64,000 nucleotides of DNA from contig OZ176056.1 in the NCBI GenBank assembly GCA_964247055.1, positions 2,666,001 through 2,730,000 on the forward strand. The letters run 5' to 3'. This DNA is from Paragordius varius (Eukaryota > Animalia > Nematomorpha). The notes under the pieces were generated by a model. That model had not been told where the DNA came from and searched no databases. It saw only the letters and a list, made by a program, of their open reading frames with translations. Shown piece by piece: positions 37,503-50,576 of the stretch (positions are counted from its first letter, which is position 1; each line of letters starts with the position of its first letter). The position numbers and the translations under genes were made by a program.

Positions 37503-40215
37503 ATGTTGTCTATGTACCAACTTATTATGTCAAAAATGGCATTCCTAATGTTAACAATCATGGCAATTTTTGTGATAACTTCTGCCCAATCGTCAGCTAT
37601 TAAATGCCCAATTATGCCAACTACTGTTGAATGCACTTGCAATGCAACAATACTTGATTACAAAGATATGTTTTATGATGTTTTTTGTCATAGTTTAACT
37701 GATCAGGACCATATTTATAATGTTTTAAGAGTGTTTGATGATGCCGAATATCGTAATACGCCAATTAAATTGTTGATACAAGATTCAAAGTTTGACGATA
37801 TACAAATAATGAAATTGCCCAATATAAATGTCAAAATTGTATCCTCAAATACTATTTACTTCAATTGAAAAAATAAATGAAACTGCATTTGAAAATATGA
37901 ATGCCGAACTTGAAGAATTGGTTATTAAGGATCCACAAAGTTCGTTTCTGCGCGCAGATCAATTTCAAATGATAATGAAGGCGATGAGGCGCCTCACCAA
38001 CCTTAAAAAATTAACGTTAGATTTTTCGGATATAAAAACCTTAAATTTAAAACATTTCAATATTTTTACCCGATTGCATGAATTAACTTTGGCCTTAACT
38101 CATGTTACTGATGTACAAGGTGAACTAAATTAATCGAAATTAAAAAATTTACATTTTCAAAGCAAAGTAAGTGTGTTGCCTTTTCAAAAAGGTAATTTAC
38201 CGAATTTAGAAATGCTCACTGTAACGTCCAACTATCTCAAAAATATTGATAACAATTCTTTCAAATCTCTGCCAAATATCAAAAAATTGTATTTAAATGG
38301 AGGACAAAACATTGCCTTAAACGCCCTAGAGAACTTTAAATAATTAGAAATGCTTACTATGTCCAATAATAATTTGCGAAATTTACCCCTATTTTGTAAA
38401 TTAACAAGGTAAAATATTATTATTAAATGGGTTGCCAACAGTAAATACTTTGTTTGCTCTATTATCTATATGATACTTTATTGAATAATTGCATTACATT
38501 TTTTAAATTATCTTAATAAAAACGTGGTGATAAAGTGATTAACCCAAAATCATAGGCTATGTGTGAATGTGGCAAAATTTTATGCCTAAAACTCCGCATT
38601 TTTTTTCATCAATACTAAATTTAAATGAGAATCACCCGCTTTTGTAGTTTATAAATAATATGTATCCATTTACCCAAATTTGTATCGAAGTCTTGTAAAG
38701 AATAAATAATTTTTAACGCACATACTCGAATTCTTTTTTATTAACTTATTTGAAACACTTAGAATCAATAATTCTCTTTGCTGTATAGAAAAAATCAAGG
38801 AATTTCCGTGTTATCCCATATTATTGTTTCGAACACCTTTATTGCCGATGATGCTTTAACCAGTGATGTTTTTGACTATTGTAAAAACCTAACAGTTTTA
38901 ACATTGAGTGGAAGTAAAATTAGATATCTTCCCAACAATCTTTTACATGCCCGAAATCTCACCTATTTAGATCTAAACCATAATTATATGACTACAATTC
39001 CATCCGGTTTATTATCCAATCTACCTAATTTGGATTTTCTTGATCTGGGCTACAATAACATAACAACACATGTATCATCAAATGCATGGATCCAAAATCC
39101 TAAGTTAAACAGATTAAGGTTGGATGGAAACAATATAGAAAGCCTTAAAATTGGTAATACCGACCTACCATACTTAATGGCATTTGGTTTGATTAAAAAC
39201 AAACTTTCTACGTTCCTATTTCGATCTTTTATGGAACATAAAAACATTTCCCTTATTTACTTAAATGACAATAAGATTAAGAGCATTGATGGTTTGCTGG
39301 AACTCATTAGAGCTAATCCAACAATAATTATTGATCTTGAAAGTATGTAATTTATGTATAGACATATATATATAAAGATATAGAATACAGTCATGTATCC
39401 TTTATTTTATCAAAAAATTATTTTTTTTCATTAAATGGGTATAAATATTTGGTAAAGAATGGAAAAAACAAGACCTCCATGGTATTAATAATATCATATT
39501 TATCAAAAAAGTATAAGAATTATTATAGAGATCTTGTTTTTTCCATTCTTTACCAAATAATTATACCGATTTAACGCAAAAAAATAAATTTTTGATAAAA
39601 TAAAGGATACATAACTGTAAAGCTAAGAGCATCATTAGCGGTAAAAAGCGACTGTATAAGTATCTGGCAAAAATTATTTACTTATCCTGTTTATATTAAA
39701 ATTAAAGCAACCTTATTAGCATTAAAAATCCATCATTATAATCGAATTAATCAACGTTTATTATCAGCAAAACGTAACTTGGTTAAAACGCTTTTCTATA
39801 ACAATAAAGCCAGCTTAAATTTTGTTTTTATGCTAAGTAATCATAGCTATAACGAGCTGAACTTTTAATTCTTATTATTATTGTAGACAATCCTATTGTA
39901 TGTGATTGCGACGTGTATAATTTGGTGGATTGGTATCATCAAAATTACAAAAAACCTGTTCCAGAAAACGATGCAAAAATTGTTTCTACCGATAAGAAGG
40001 TTACTATTGATGTACCCCAACTTTACTTGAACGGATTATGTTCTAATCCGGAAATGAATATCACTGACATTTCAATTTTAGATGTAACTTTGATTGAAAA
40101 ACTTTCTCCTCTTTGCGCCGGGCAAAAAGACATAGGACACAGTTCCTCTGGGATTGGAGGACATAGTTCTTATGGCAGTGCCCACAATTCTTTGGGATTC
40201 AAAGATATGATTTAA
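37503..40215 (+). pseudogene. Secreted leucine-rich-repeat gene with disablements; exons ~37503..38408, 38789..39342, 39887..40215
   Basis: Signal-peptide-like start, LRRNT CP..CTC, many LxxLxLxxNxL repeats, LRRCT NPIVCDC..W, intact GT/AG sites. A frameshift near 37835 and in-frame TAA at 38131 and 38341 fall inside LRR units. Confidence 0.8.
39388..39617. mobile_element. Tc1/mariner-type MITE, 230 bp near-perfect foldback in an LRR intron
   Basis: TA|CAGTCATGTATCCTTTATTTTATCAAAAA ... TTTTTGATAAAATAAAGGATACATAACTG|TA. Confidence 0.9.
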
Positions 40216-40759
40216 ATTTTTAGAATATTTTTAAATGTACCTGTTTATTACATTGAATGTTTACGGGTTTATTCAATTTTTAAAATTTTTATAAATAATT
40301 TTTTAACACACAAATATTGTAATTTGAGCAATTATTACTCATTCTTAATTTGATTATAATTATATTACGAGATTTTACCATTATATATTTTTCATGTATG
40401 CTTGGGTATGTTTTAGCAAATTGAATAAATATTTTTTGCAGCGATATATATTTGGAGATGATTATGTGGTAATATCCTTTATTTGGTTATATGTCGAAAT
40501 TAACAAAATTTTAAAATTTATTTTTACCAAATTTTTATTGTTACAGTGTTGTTTAAATATCAAATCCGAAACCGCGTTAAACCAAATTACAAGTTTCCAA
40601 TCAGATAACCCTAAATCTTTTGTTATTTAAACAGCGCCTTAATAAATGGACCCATATTTATAAAGTCCTAATTTTAAAGTTACAATTAAAAAAACCAGTG
40701 TAGCTATCTATATGGCGGATAACTGTAGCTCCGGAGAAAAATTTTTTTTGAAAAAATGT

Positions 40760-42330
40760 GTATATCCTGGTAGACAAATGTATCTAGATTATAATAGTGC
40801 TTTTAATTTTGGCCTTTACGAGTGATTTTAATGACAACTGCTTCATATAAGAAAATGGCGAATTTGCACTTATTTTGCTGATACAATTTTTTGGTGAAAG
40901 CTAAATTTTTCAAACCAAAAATTATCCATCAAATATGCAAAAAACTAAAAGGAAAAAAAGACTTTTCGCGATTCGGTCGAAATCGTGGCCTTATGGATAT
41001 GAGAAGAACACACCAAACCATCAAACACATTTTATATATTTATACTTTAGGGATATGGATGATTCCTTATTTGTAAAGAGCGCAATCCAAAGAGGCTTAT
41101 TACCCTGATGAAGTTTTTCGATACTCGGAAATGAATTCTTTTATAATAAAAGTTGAGTCACCCGTAAAACTTTAATTGTTTAGGGGAACAGTACCTATGC
41201 CACAGGAAAATCAAAGATAAGTACCTTTTTCTACTAAATTATATTTTTAATAATCTTTTAACCATATATTCTTATAAGTTTTATTTGGGTTATCGTCTGC
41301 TCGGTTAAATCATTATTGTTTTTTGTCGTTACGTTTCATTTAATTAAAACTATTGTTGCATATCAACAACTCAATTATTATCAAACCTCTGTTCCAAAAA
41401 TCAAACAATAATGTCCTTTCCATTTTAAATTTTAGAGACTGGCCCTAAAAGTCTTTTTGAACGTGTCTTAAATGTGCATGTTCTCACAAACTAAACCCAA
41501 AAAAGCCTATATGCGCGACTTTCAAATATATGTTAAATTTGATATCATAAAAGTTTTTCCGAAAAAATGTATATTTTGCTTAAAAAGTTAAGCTATCGTA
41601 AACTTAGATGAAGCGAGTTTCATGGTAATTTGAGGCATTGTGGAAACAAAAATATTCTAAGATTAAAAAAACATTTTTCTATATAATTCAATTGTGCTGA
41701 GCATTTCTATTACCCAGATTGATTTTTGATTTAATAATTGACTTAAAATTGTAAATATTTTTTGAAATAAAACTTAGATATAGCATAAATTAGTAAACGT
41801 AACTTTCAAATGAAAAATATTAAAAATAATTCAGCCGCATCGAATAAAATGTCCAAATTGTTTTTATACAGCTTGCCCATGATCTGTAATACCAAAACAC
41901 TCACTTCCACAAAATTTGGCTATATACTTATAATTTAACAAAATATAAGATTTTCTAAAAAAATATTTTAGATGACAAAATTTAGCATACCTTTAATATT
42001 TTTATTAGGCAATCTCAGCATATTTACCTCTAATTGGATAATGCCCATTTTAGAGAGGTAAAATGGGACTTTTAAGACCTATATCTAAAAATCATTATAA
42101 TATTTTGTTTTTTATATATATTTGTGACATAATTAGTGATATTAGAATAAAGCCTTTAACTTTCGCTTAAAAATTGTATCCAAAATGTACGCTAATTTGC
42201 CATTTTTTGATATAGAGCAGTTGCCACAAAAGTAAAAATACCATCTTAAATCATTCATAATAGCCAAGACCAAAAGCACCACCGTGATAATCCTAATGTA
42301 TTTTTGTAATATATAATCAGGTTATTTAAA
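40760..42330. repeat. Foldback element, family A (longer copy)
   Basis: GTGCTTTTAATTTTGGCC (~40797) inverted to AAGACCAAAAGCACC (~42266); shared internal GCTGAGCATTT motif. Confidence 0.55.
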
Positions 42331-42542
42331 TCTCCCGATTTTAACCGTAGTGTAGAAGACAAAGGGCTAAAATCCGAATTAAATTTAGGAATAGTTAAAC
42401 CCCATGAATCGTCGTAATTTCAATAATTAATTTTGAGTTTTAAATTTTATCAATACCAATGTTACTTAAAAACTAGTGTCTATAAAATCTAATCGTACAT
42501 ATGGAAAATAAATTCATGTATATATGTTAAATTAAGTCCATA

Positions 42543-42548
<6 letters not shown>

Positions 42549-42589
<41 letters not shown>
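42549..42589. repeat. (TA)n microsatellite
   Basis: About 20 TA units read directly. Confidence 0.98.
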
Positions 42590-42592
<3 letters not shown>

Positions 42593-43384
42593 CACAAAAA
42601 ATATTCTTTATTTATAATTATCAAATATTTTATTCTTTCACAGTCTCCAAAAACCAACTACATAATTTATTTTTCACGTATTTTTCATCCTTTAAAGTTG
42701 TTTTCAGGATTATCATTTTCTTTTTTCGCAATACCCATTGAATGACTATTATTAATACTATTTTGAGTTTCACCAGTAATGTGTTTAGTTTTTCCAAAAA
42801 ATTGGGAGATTTTACTTTTTATATCAGAAAAATTATTATCCTTTTCGTTTGTTGAAGGTGCCGCCGTTGAATCAAAACTAAAGCAGAATTATAGAAATTA
42901 GATTTAAAAAAACTATAATATTTATTAGAAATTTTTAATCATTCTTGTGATGCTTGAACAGAAGTCGACCAACCCCATTGAATGATTTATTGTTCATAAT
43001 CTAAAGCGCGTATAAATCAGGCTTATTTCGATTTTGTGTCCTTGGATATATGAATTAAATACACCCTTCCCACATATTGCGTTAGTGGGTATTTAGGAGG
43101 ATCCCCAAAACAATGAAATAATTAAAATGGTAATTATTTTTTAATATTTCATCATCTGTGACATTTTTGTCCGCGATGACATATTGGGTTAGATTTATAT
43201 CCCAGAGCTTAGCTTAATCTTGTAAATAAACTAAATAAACTACTGTTTTAAAAGTTATTTTAGTTAAATTTTAATTATCAAACATTGTTACCCGGTATTA
43301 GATATAAAACTTATATTTTTTACAGTTTTGTGACTTCTTAAGTCTAAAACTTACACATCGTGATTGAACTAAACAGCTGATTTT

Positions 43385-44809
43385 GTTGTTGTTGTTGTTG
43401 CTAAGGTCGATTCCGACTAACTGCAACATTGAAAATATAGCTTCTCCATTCACTGCGATTACCGGATCTGGTGTTTAGTTAGGATAACGATTGGTTGGTT
43501 TCTTTGAGGATGTTATCCATCCAACGAGTTCGTCTTCTCCCTCTTTTTCGAGCACCACTCACTTTTCACAGCATCAGTGACTTTTCAATGAGTTGGCTCT
43601 CATAATGTGCCCGAAAAAGGAGAGTTTTTGCCGTATTAAGCTGCCTACAAGTGACATTCCTGGGTTAATTTTGTTTAGAATAGTGGTTTTTGAAATTTTG
43701 TCTATCTGTCCATTTTATTTGGAGAAGTTTCCTCCAAACTCATAATTCGAAAGAATTTATTTGACGTTCGTCATATTTTTTCAGTGTCCAGCTTTCCCCC
43801 CATACATGAATGTGGGAAAAACTGTAGCCTTGATTGATTTTGGTTTGTAGTTTAATGTCATGTGACATCCAAATCTTGTTATATTTAAAAGTGACTGCTT
43901 TAGCAATAGTAATTCTTCGCTTTCTGGCGTAGAGTTGTTCTCACTGTTAATAATGCTACCTAAGTACGTGTAATTGCTAACTGTTTCGATCTGGTTGCCG
44001 TTGAGGATTATTCGATTGGTTTGACCCTGATCCAATCGATATACTTACCAAATTATTTCAAACCATATTTAAGATGGAAAAAATTCCTGAGGATTGGTGC
44101 ACATCCATTATAATTCCGATTTTAAAAAGGGATTACCCAGAATTGTGCGACAACTATCGCACCATAGCGCTCATAAACCAGGTGTCCAAAGTTTACCTAA
44201 AAATAATACAGTTTCGACTAAATACGATTCTTGACCCCGAGATATCCACGATTCAGGCTGGTTTTCGAAAAGGTGGAGGATGCCGAGATATGATATGTAA
44301 TATGAGGTGGATAATCGAGAAACACATCGAATTCAACAAAGTTTTGCATATGTGCTTTGTCGATTTTTCCAAAGCATTTGATTCCATCCAGCACAATAAA
44401 CTACGGAAAGCTCTAAAACAACTTGGAGTGTCAACACATCTAATCAACGTCATATTCTCAATTTACTTATATTCCACGACTGTAATATCTACACCTCACG
44501 GTATATCTGACTCATGTAAAGTACAAATCGGCCTACGTCAAGGATGCGTTTTATCCCCAATTCCTTTTAACGCATACCTCGAGTGCATAATAAAAAAACA
44601 TCCCAGAAACTTATGGCATAAATGTAGAAGGAAACCTACTTACATCCGTTCACTACGCGGATGATACAATCTTATTCGCAGACAGTGTAGACACATTATC
44701 GCAAGCCTTGCAAGTGTTTACAACTGAATGCAATAAATTTGATTAAATATCAATTTAAAAAAAACAAAAGTAATGAAAATAAATCCGGCTCAAACCAATC
44801 CAATAATCG
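43385..44809 (-). mobile_element. 5'-truncated, 5'-inverted RTE-like LINE with (CAA)n tail
   Basis: RT motifs on + at 44044-44808 (IPEDW, NYRTIAL, QAGFRKG, FVDFSKAFD, RQGCVLSP, YADD). The RT C-terminal part and tail lie on - at 44040-43385 (YTYLGS, RTRWMD, CAA repeats). 10 bp TSD AGCTGATTTT at 43375-43384 and 44810-44819. Confidence 0.9.
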
Positions 44810-45289
44810 AGCTGATTTTACAATCAATTACTAAGTTTTTGCTGGTAAAATAAAACCTCAAAGCTTACTAAAGTCAATTATCACTTTCTAATCATATTAT
44901 AAATTTATATGCATATTGTATTAGCGATTAAAATGGCGGTGAAAAAATTTTAGATGAGGATATTTTTATACATTTTTTAAATTTTTTTGTATTATGCGCC
45001 CAAAAGACTATAAAATCATATTTTAAATTCAACCTAATACTTCAATCCCTTTTATAAACTTTAAACTTTAATGGCTCTGAGATATAAATCTACCCCCAAA
45101 AGGTTGTGAAGTGTTTAAGACCAAAATAGTTGATATTTAAAAATAGAAGAATAAAAATTGTTATCTATATAATATAAATTAATATTTTACATTAGACCCA
45201 AATTGTTGCATATTTATTACAAAAAAGGCGGGGGTTAAAATCATCATTTTCCTTTATTAAACATAAGTTTTTTTAATAAAATAAATTTT

Positions 45290-47419
45290 TTACTGTATTT
45301 CCTTGTAATAGAGTCCACCAAGGACCATGGCTAAAATAGTAAAACCCTGAGCAGCTATCCTAGCTCTCATCCAAAATTGGGTTTGAACATGACTGTGTTT
45401 ATGCATACCACCCACACCCTTGTAAAGGATCCAAGCGGTAGCTAAACAACCTATTAAAGACGTTAAAAAGTGAAATAACAGTATGAGTAAGTATATATAT
45501 ATATATATATATGGCGGCTAGAAAGTTATTAATTATTACAAAAAATAGCATATTCAGCAGCACAAAGAGAAGTTAAAAGTGAAAAAAATAACTATAAGCC
45601 ATTAATACTACCCCCTTTGTTGTATATGCTATTTGGCAATTATTAATAATTCTAGCAATGTATACTTATTCATGCAGTAATTATATATTAAAAATTACAC
45701 AATAATATTCATAAAGTTGGTGGACATTATAAAAAGAAAATACAAAAATATTTATGGAAAAACACCATTTAAAATTTATAAAGAGATATGTATACTGATG
45801 ACTCGCCCAATTTTTTATTTTAGAATTGTAATTGTAATTCAAATGGCATATATAAAAAATCAACGATCGTAAACTTATGTTTTCGTTATTAAAAACATAT
45901 TAGTCTTAATTTTTTTCGTTTTGTCTCTTAAATTTTAATTACTGCTTATTGTGAATTTTATCAATATAAAGCATGTGTTCTAATCGGTCAAAAAACCCGA
46001 TAAATGTTTAATTTAACTTAAGTCATAACTATAAGACAACAATATATGTCCTAATCTAAAAAATACAGAATACTACATAATTTTTTATGCATATTAAAAA
46101 ATAACTATCCAAGAAAAACCGCGAAGTATAGTTTATGAAAGTTATATAATTATCGATGGTAATTATGAATTTAAAATACAGCTTTCTAAAAAAGAGAGCA
46201 TATTTTATGATTTTGAACTGTTTATCCATCGCTTTAACCACCGACTTATTTTTTATATGCCTGCACTAAATGTACATGGTAGTTCATAAGCCTACCCGTT
46301 TAGGTATTTTCAACGCTATTAAAAGTTACGTGAACAATATCGTTTGGTTTTATAATTCAAATATCTAATATAATGTGCGAACGCGATTCTTCGATTTTGA
46401 TAAATTAAGGATGGTAAAACAACTTTTTTGATTGGTTCAAATATATTTTTGAAATGTGACTATTGTTTCACTGTATAAATAATTAAAAACAGGGTGAGTC
46501 GATGATTTATGACCATGATCTTTTATATAAAGAGATATTAATGCTTAAAATGGTTTATTAAGTAACATTAATGAATGTATCATAGAAGCCTAAAAATAAA
46601 GCAATAATTGTCAATTTTATGACTGTTTATATAATTGTCATTGATAAAATTTTGGTAACATCAAATTGCAAATGATATTTCGTTTTTATATATAACATAC
46701 ATTTCCAATCATATTATTATATAACTGGTAATGTTTCTGACGATTTGTATAAAATTGAAAAAAATTCATTATGTTAATTCTATCACAATTTTTATAAACG
46801 TATCTAGAAAAAATTAAATATATATGAAATTTAGTTAATCTGTTTTAAAAAATTTGTTGTTTCGGAAAACACTACCAGGAATGTACTAAATTAGATCTGA
46901 TAAATTCTGACCCCCAATATACTTAAGTTTTTTACTTAATTATAATAAAGTTAATATAATAAATTGGAAATTTTAAAATGATCATCATGATTTTTTAAAT
47001 TGATTAATTATATTATAATCTATTATAAGTTATTGAAAAAAAAAATTATTATAGACTTTACTTTTCGAGCAAGATGATTAAGAATCAAGCAAAAAACTTA
47101 ATGCAATTTGAATGACTTATCGATATTTTAATAAACAGAGTCAAGAAATTAATTTCGGATATACATAATGTTATAAACAATTCTATAAAGGATTAACCGG
47201 TTACAAGATGCACTACAATGGAAATGCTCAAATAAAACAAATTAATTTATAAAATGTACCGAGTGGAACAAACGGATTTTCTTTGCATTTTCGAATAGCT
47301 TTTTCCTGAAAACTTTCAATTTTTTGATTTGGATCGGCAATAGATTCCAAGGCTAATCTACGAGCTTCAACCCAAAACAAATTCTTTTTTTCGGGGTCCT
47401 GATCATCAATTTTATCCAT
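45290..47419 (-). CDS. HIGD2A: HIG1-domain mitochondrial protein (HIGD2A/Rcf1-like); complement(join(45290..45450,47260..47419))
   Basis: FQEKAIRKCKENPFVPLG|CLATAWIL...QFWMRARIAAQGFT is the HIG1 signature; phase-1 GT..AG intron. Confidence 0.92.
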
Positions 47420-47430
47420 AATATTCCAGC

Positions 47431-48361
<931 letters not shown>

Positions 48362-48431
48362 ATCAAAATTCAAATTTATACTTTTTACTTATTTGGGCAA
48401 TATTTTAGTGTGGCACAAATTTATTTAAATA

Positions 48432-49181
48432 TTAGGTATCATTGTATAACAGTATATTAAATTTGGTTTCACATTTGCGAAAATAGTAAAAATAATTTTT
48501 TGTTAACGTAGTATTATTGGGTATATTTGTGACTTTTTGATTTTTAAAAAACCATGAATATAATAATTGAGTGGTATTGGACACATTATAATTAATCATA
48601 AGATTATGTAATATATTTGTGTTACAGAGCGCAGAAACAATGTAATAGTAAATTAAAAATTTATGTAATAACTCTCCTTTGAATTGGTAAAGCGATTGAG
48701 AATTTTCTGCCCATTTTACATTGACAGGTTGGTACTTGAAAATAAAAATTTTAGTAGTGGACTTGTTACCGATGATATAAAGCGCATTTCCTGTAAAAAC
48801 TGCGCGTGATTTTGATTTTTCAAATATCTTAACCAATGATTCCGTAGTTTTAGGAGTATTAGGTATTAAAGTTCTATTAAGTTTTAGCTGTGAGATATCC
48901 TGAGACAATGAGATTACTAGTTGCAAACAGTGATTAATGTAAGATTGATGCTTTTGTATCATCTCTTTGGCATAGTTATAAAAATATTGGTTATATTCAT
49001 CTAAGTTATTATTATTTCCTTTTTGGTATGATAAATAAAAAGTAGGAAAGCTGTTATTTTCGAATGTGTTTCCATATATGACTGGGTATTGTACTTGTAA
49101 TGTTAAAATTTCCTTAGTTTCAACGATAAAAACAAAAGTTGTGTCCAGAAGCGTTTTATGTGTTTTGAAAGAAATTTTCAT
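48432..49181 (-). CDS. Intronless 249-aa ORF of unknown function
   Basis: ATG-initiated 750-nt ORF in DNA where random ORFs rarely exceed 100 codons; no motif recognised. Confidence 0.55.
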   Translation of the reverse strand: MKISFKTHKTLLDTTFVFIVETKEILTLQVQYPVIYGNTFENNSFPTFYLSYQKGNNNNLDEYNQYFYNYAKEMIQKHQSYINHCLQLVISLSQDISQLKLNRTLIPNTPKTTESLVKIFEKSKSRAVFTGNALYIIGNKSTTKIFIFKYQPVNVKWAENSQSLYQFKGELLHKFLIYYYIVSALCNTNILHNLMINYNVSNTTQLLYSWFFKNQKVTNIPNNTTLTKNYFYYFRKCETKFNILLYNDT

Positions 49182-50038
49182 GCTGTAAAATGCATGTATA
49201 AAAAACAGTGCAAAATTATTCTTGAATTTTACATTTTAAATAAAACAAATTTATAATCAAAATATGCCTAAATCATCATATATAAACAGGTAAATGAGAA
49301 TTTTTTGTTATAACTAAAGCAAAAAAAGTTTTTACAAAGTTTTTGATATGGGTTCCGAAAGGAATTTTTGAACCGGTCGTAAATGGGCAAATTCTCTTAA
49401 AATAAAGGCGAAAAGGCCAAGTTTGAGCCATAAATACTATTATTATATATGCCAAATATATGAGATCAAAAAAACTTTTGCCCAAAAAAAATATTTTGCT
49501 TAAGAATTTAACTTATAGGGAAATTTTGTCGAAAGGCATAATGCGACCGGTGTAAAAGTGCACTTCAACCACAGTTTTTTAAAATAAACGTTAATTTTTT
49601 TATAATAGCAAATTACTCAAATTTCCCATCAAACCAACGAGTTAAATTTTGAGATAAAGAACAAGACCCTCGAATTACCTAGCAAAAATGTTTTTATAAT
49701 ATATTATAGCGTTTTTATACCAACACAGCCCAAGTTCCTAAAGAGCTAGAGGGCCAAAACTTTGGAGAAAAGATCGTAATTTATATTGATTAACATAATT
49801 TTTTTCCCTTATTTGATATTTATTTATTATTTATAGGTTAAATTATATATTATTGGGAAGTGATCATTTTAAGATTGTTAAATTTACACATAATGCATTT
49901 AAATATTTTTTTTACTGGTTCTTACTTATTTTAATATAAAAAAATAAAACAAAGCTAAAAAAATGGAAATTGTCATCACAATAAATATGAATATATTCAT
50001 ACATATATTCACTTGATCTTGCCCATTCCTTCCTTTTA

Positions 50039-50185
50039 CACTGTGCGCAAAAAGGGGGGTAAAAAATAAACATGATTTTTATCTAGAATAATAAGAAATC
50101 CCTCGGAAAAGAAGACCCCATTCCGAGGGATTTCTTATTATCCCAGATAAAAATCATGTTTGTTTATTTTTTTGTGCGCACTGTG
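50039..50185. mobile_element. 147 bp hairpin MITE
   Basis: CACTGTGCGCAAAAA ... TTTTTGTGCGCACTGTG; inner arms ATAATAAGAAATCCCTCGGAA / TTCCGAGGGATTTCTTATTAT are perfect. Confidence 0.8.
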
Positions 50186-50576
50186 TTATATGATATTTTT
50201 GAAATGAAGCACTTATCCCTTAAAAAAATTTAGCAAAATGTGCGAAAATAGTGCCATTTTCATATAGGGAACACGTAATACATATGTAAAATAAATAGCC
50301 ACGGCCACCAAGCGCATCATAATAACTCTACATTTTTCTATTAGATATGTATAAGATATATATGTAGACATATATCATCTAGATATCTTTTATGGTGGTT
50401 TATCTTAAACGCAATAAATGTGCGCTAATTGGCCTATTATGTATAGTAACTCAAACCTTTTATCATAACATAAATATATATATTGGTAGTTTATTATACC
50501 ACACGATTTTTTGCACTGTTTCTAATAATATTTTATCAGTTTAATTTCATACAATCATAAAACAAACGAATAACGC

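Noticed and set aside
41099-41168. CTGATGA...GAAA hammerhead-like spacing
   Set aside because: Stem II lacks the closing pair, the cleavage triplet would be ACC rather than NUH, and stems I and III are weak.
42640-43010. Minus-strand exon-like stretches (FDSTAAPSTNEKD...FKG*)
   Set aside because: Low complexity, no start or homology, and bounded by repeats; insufficient support to call a gene.
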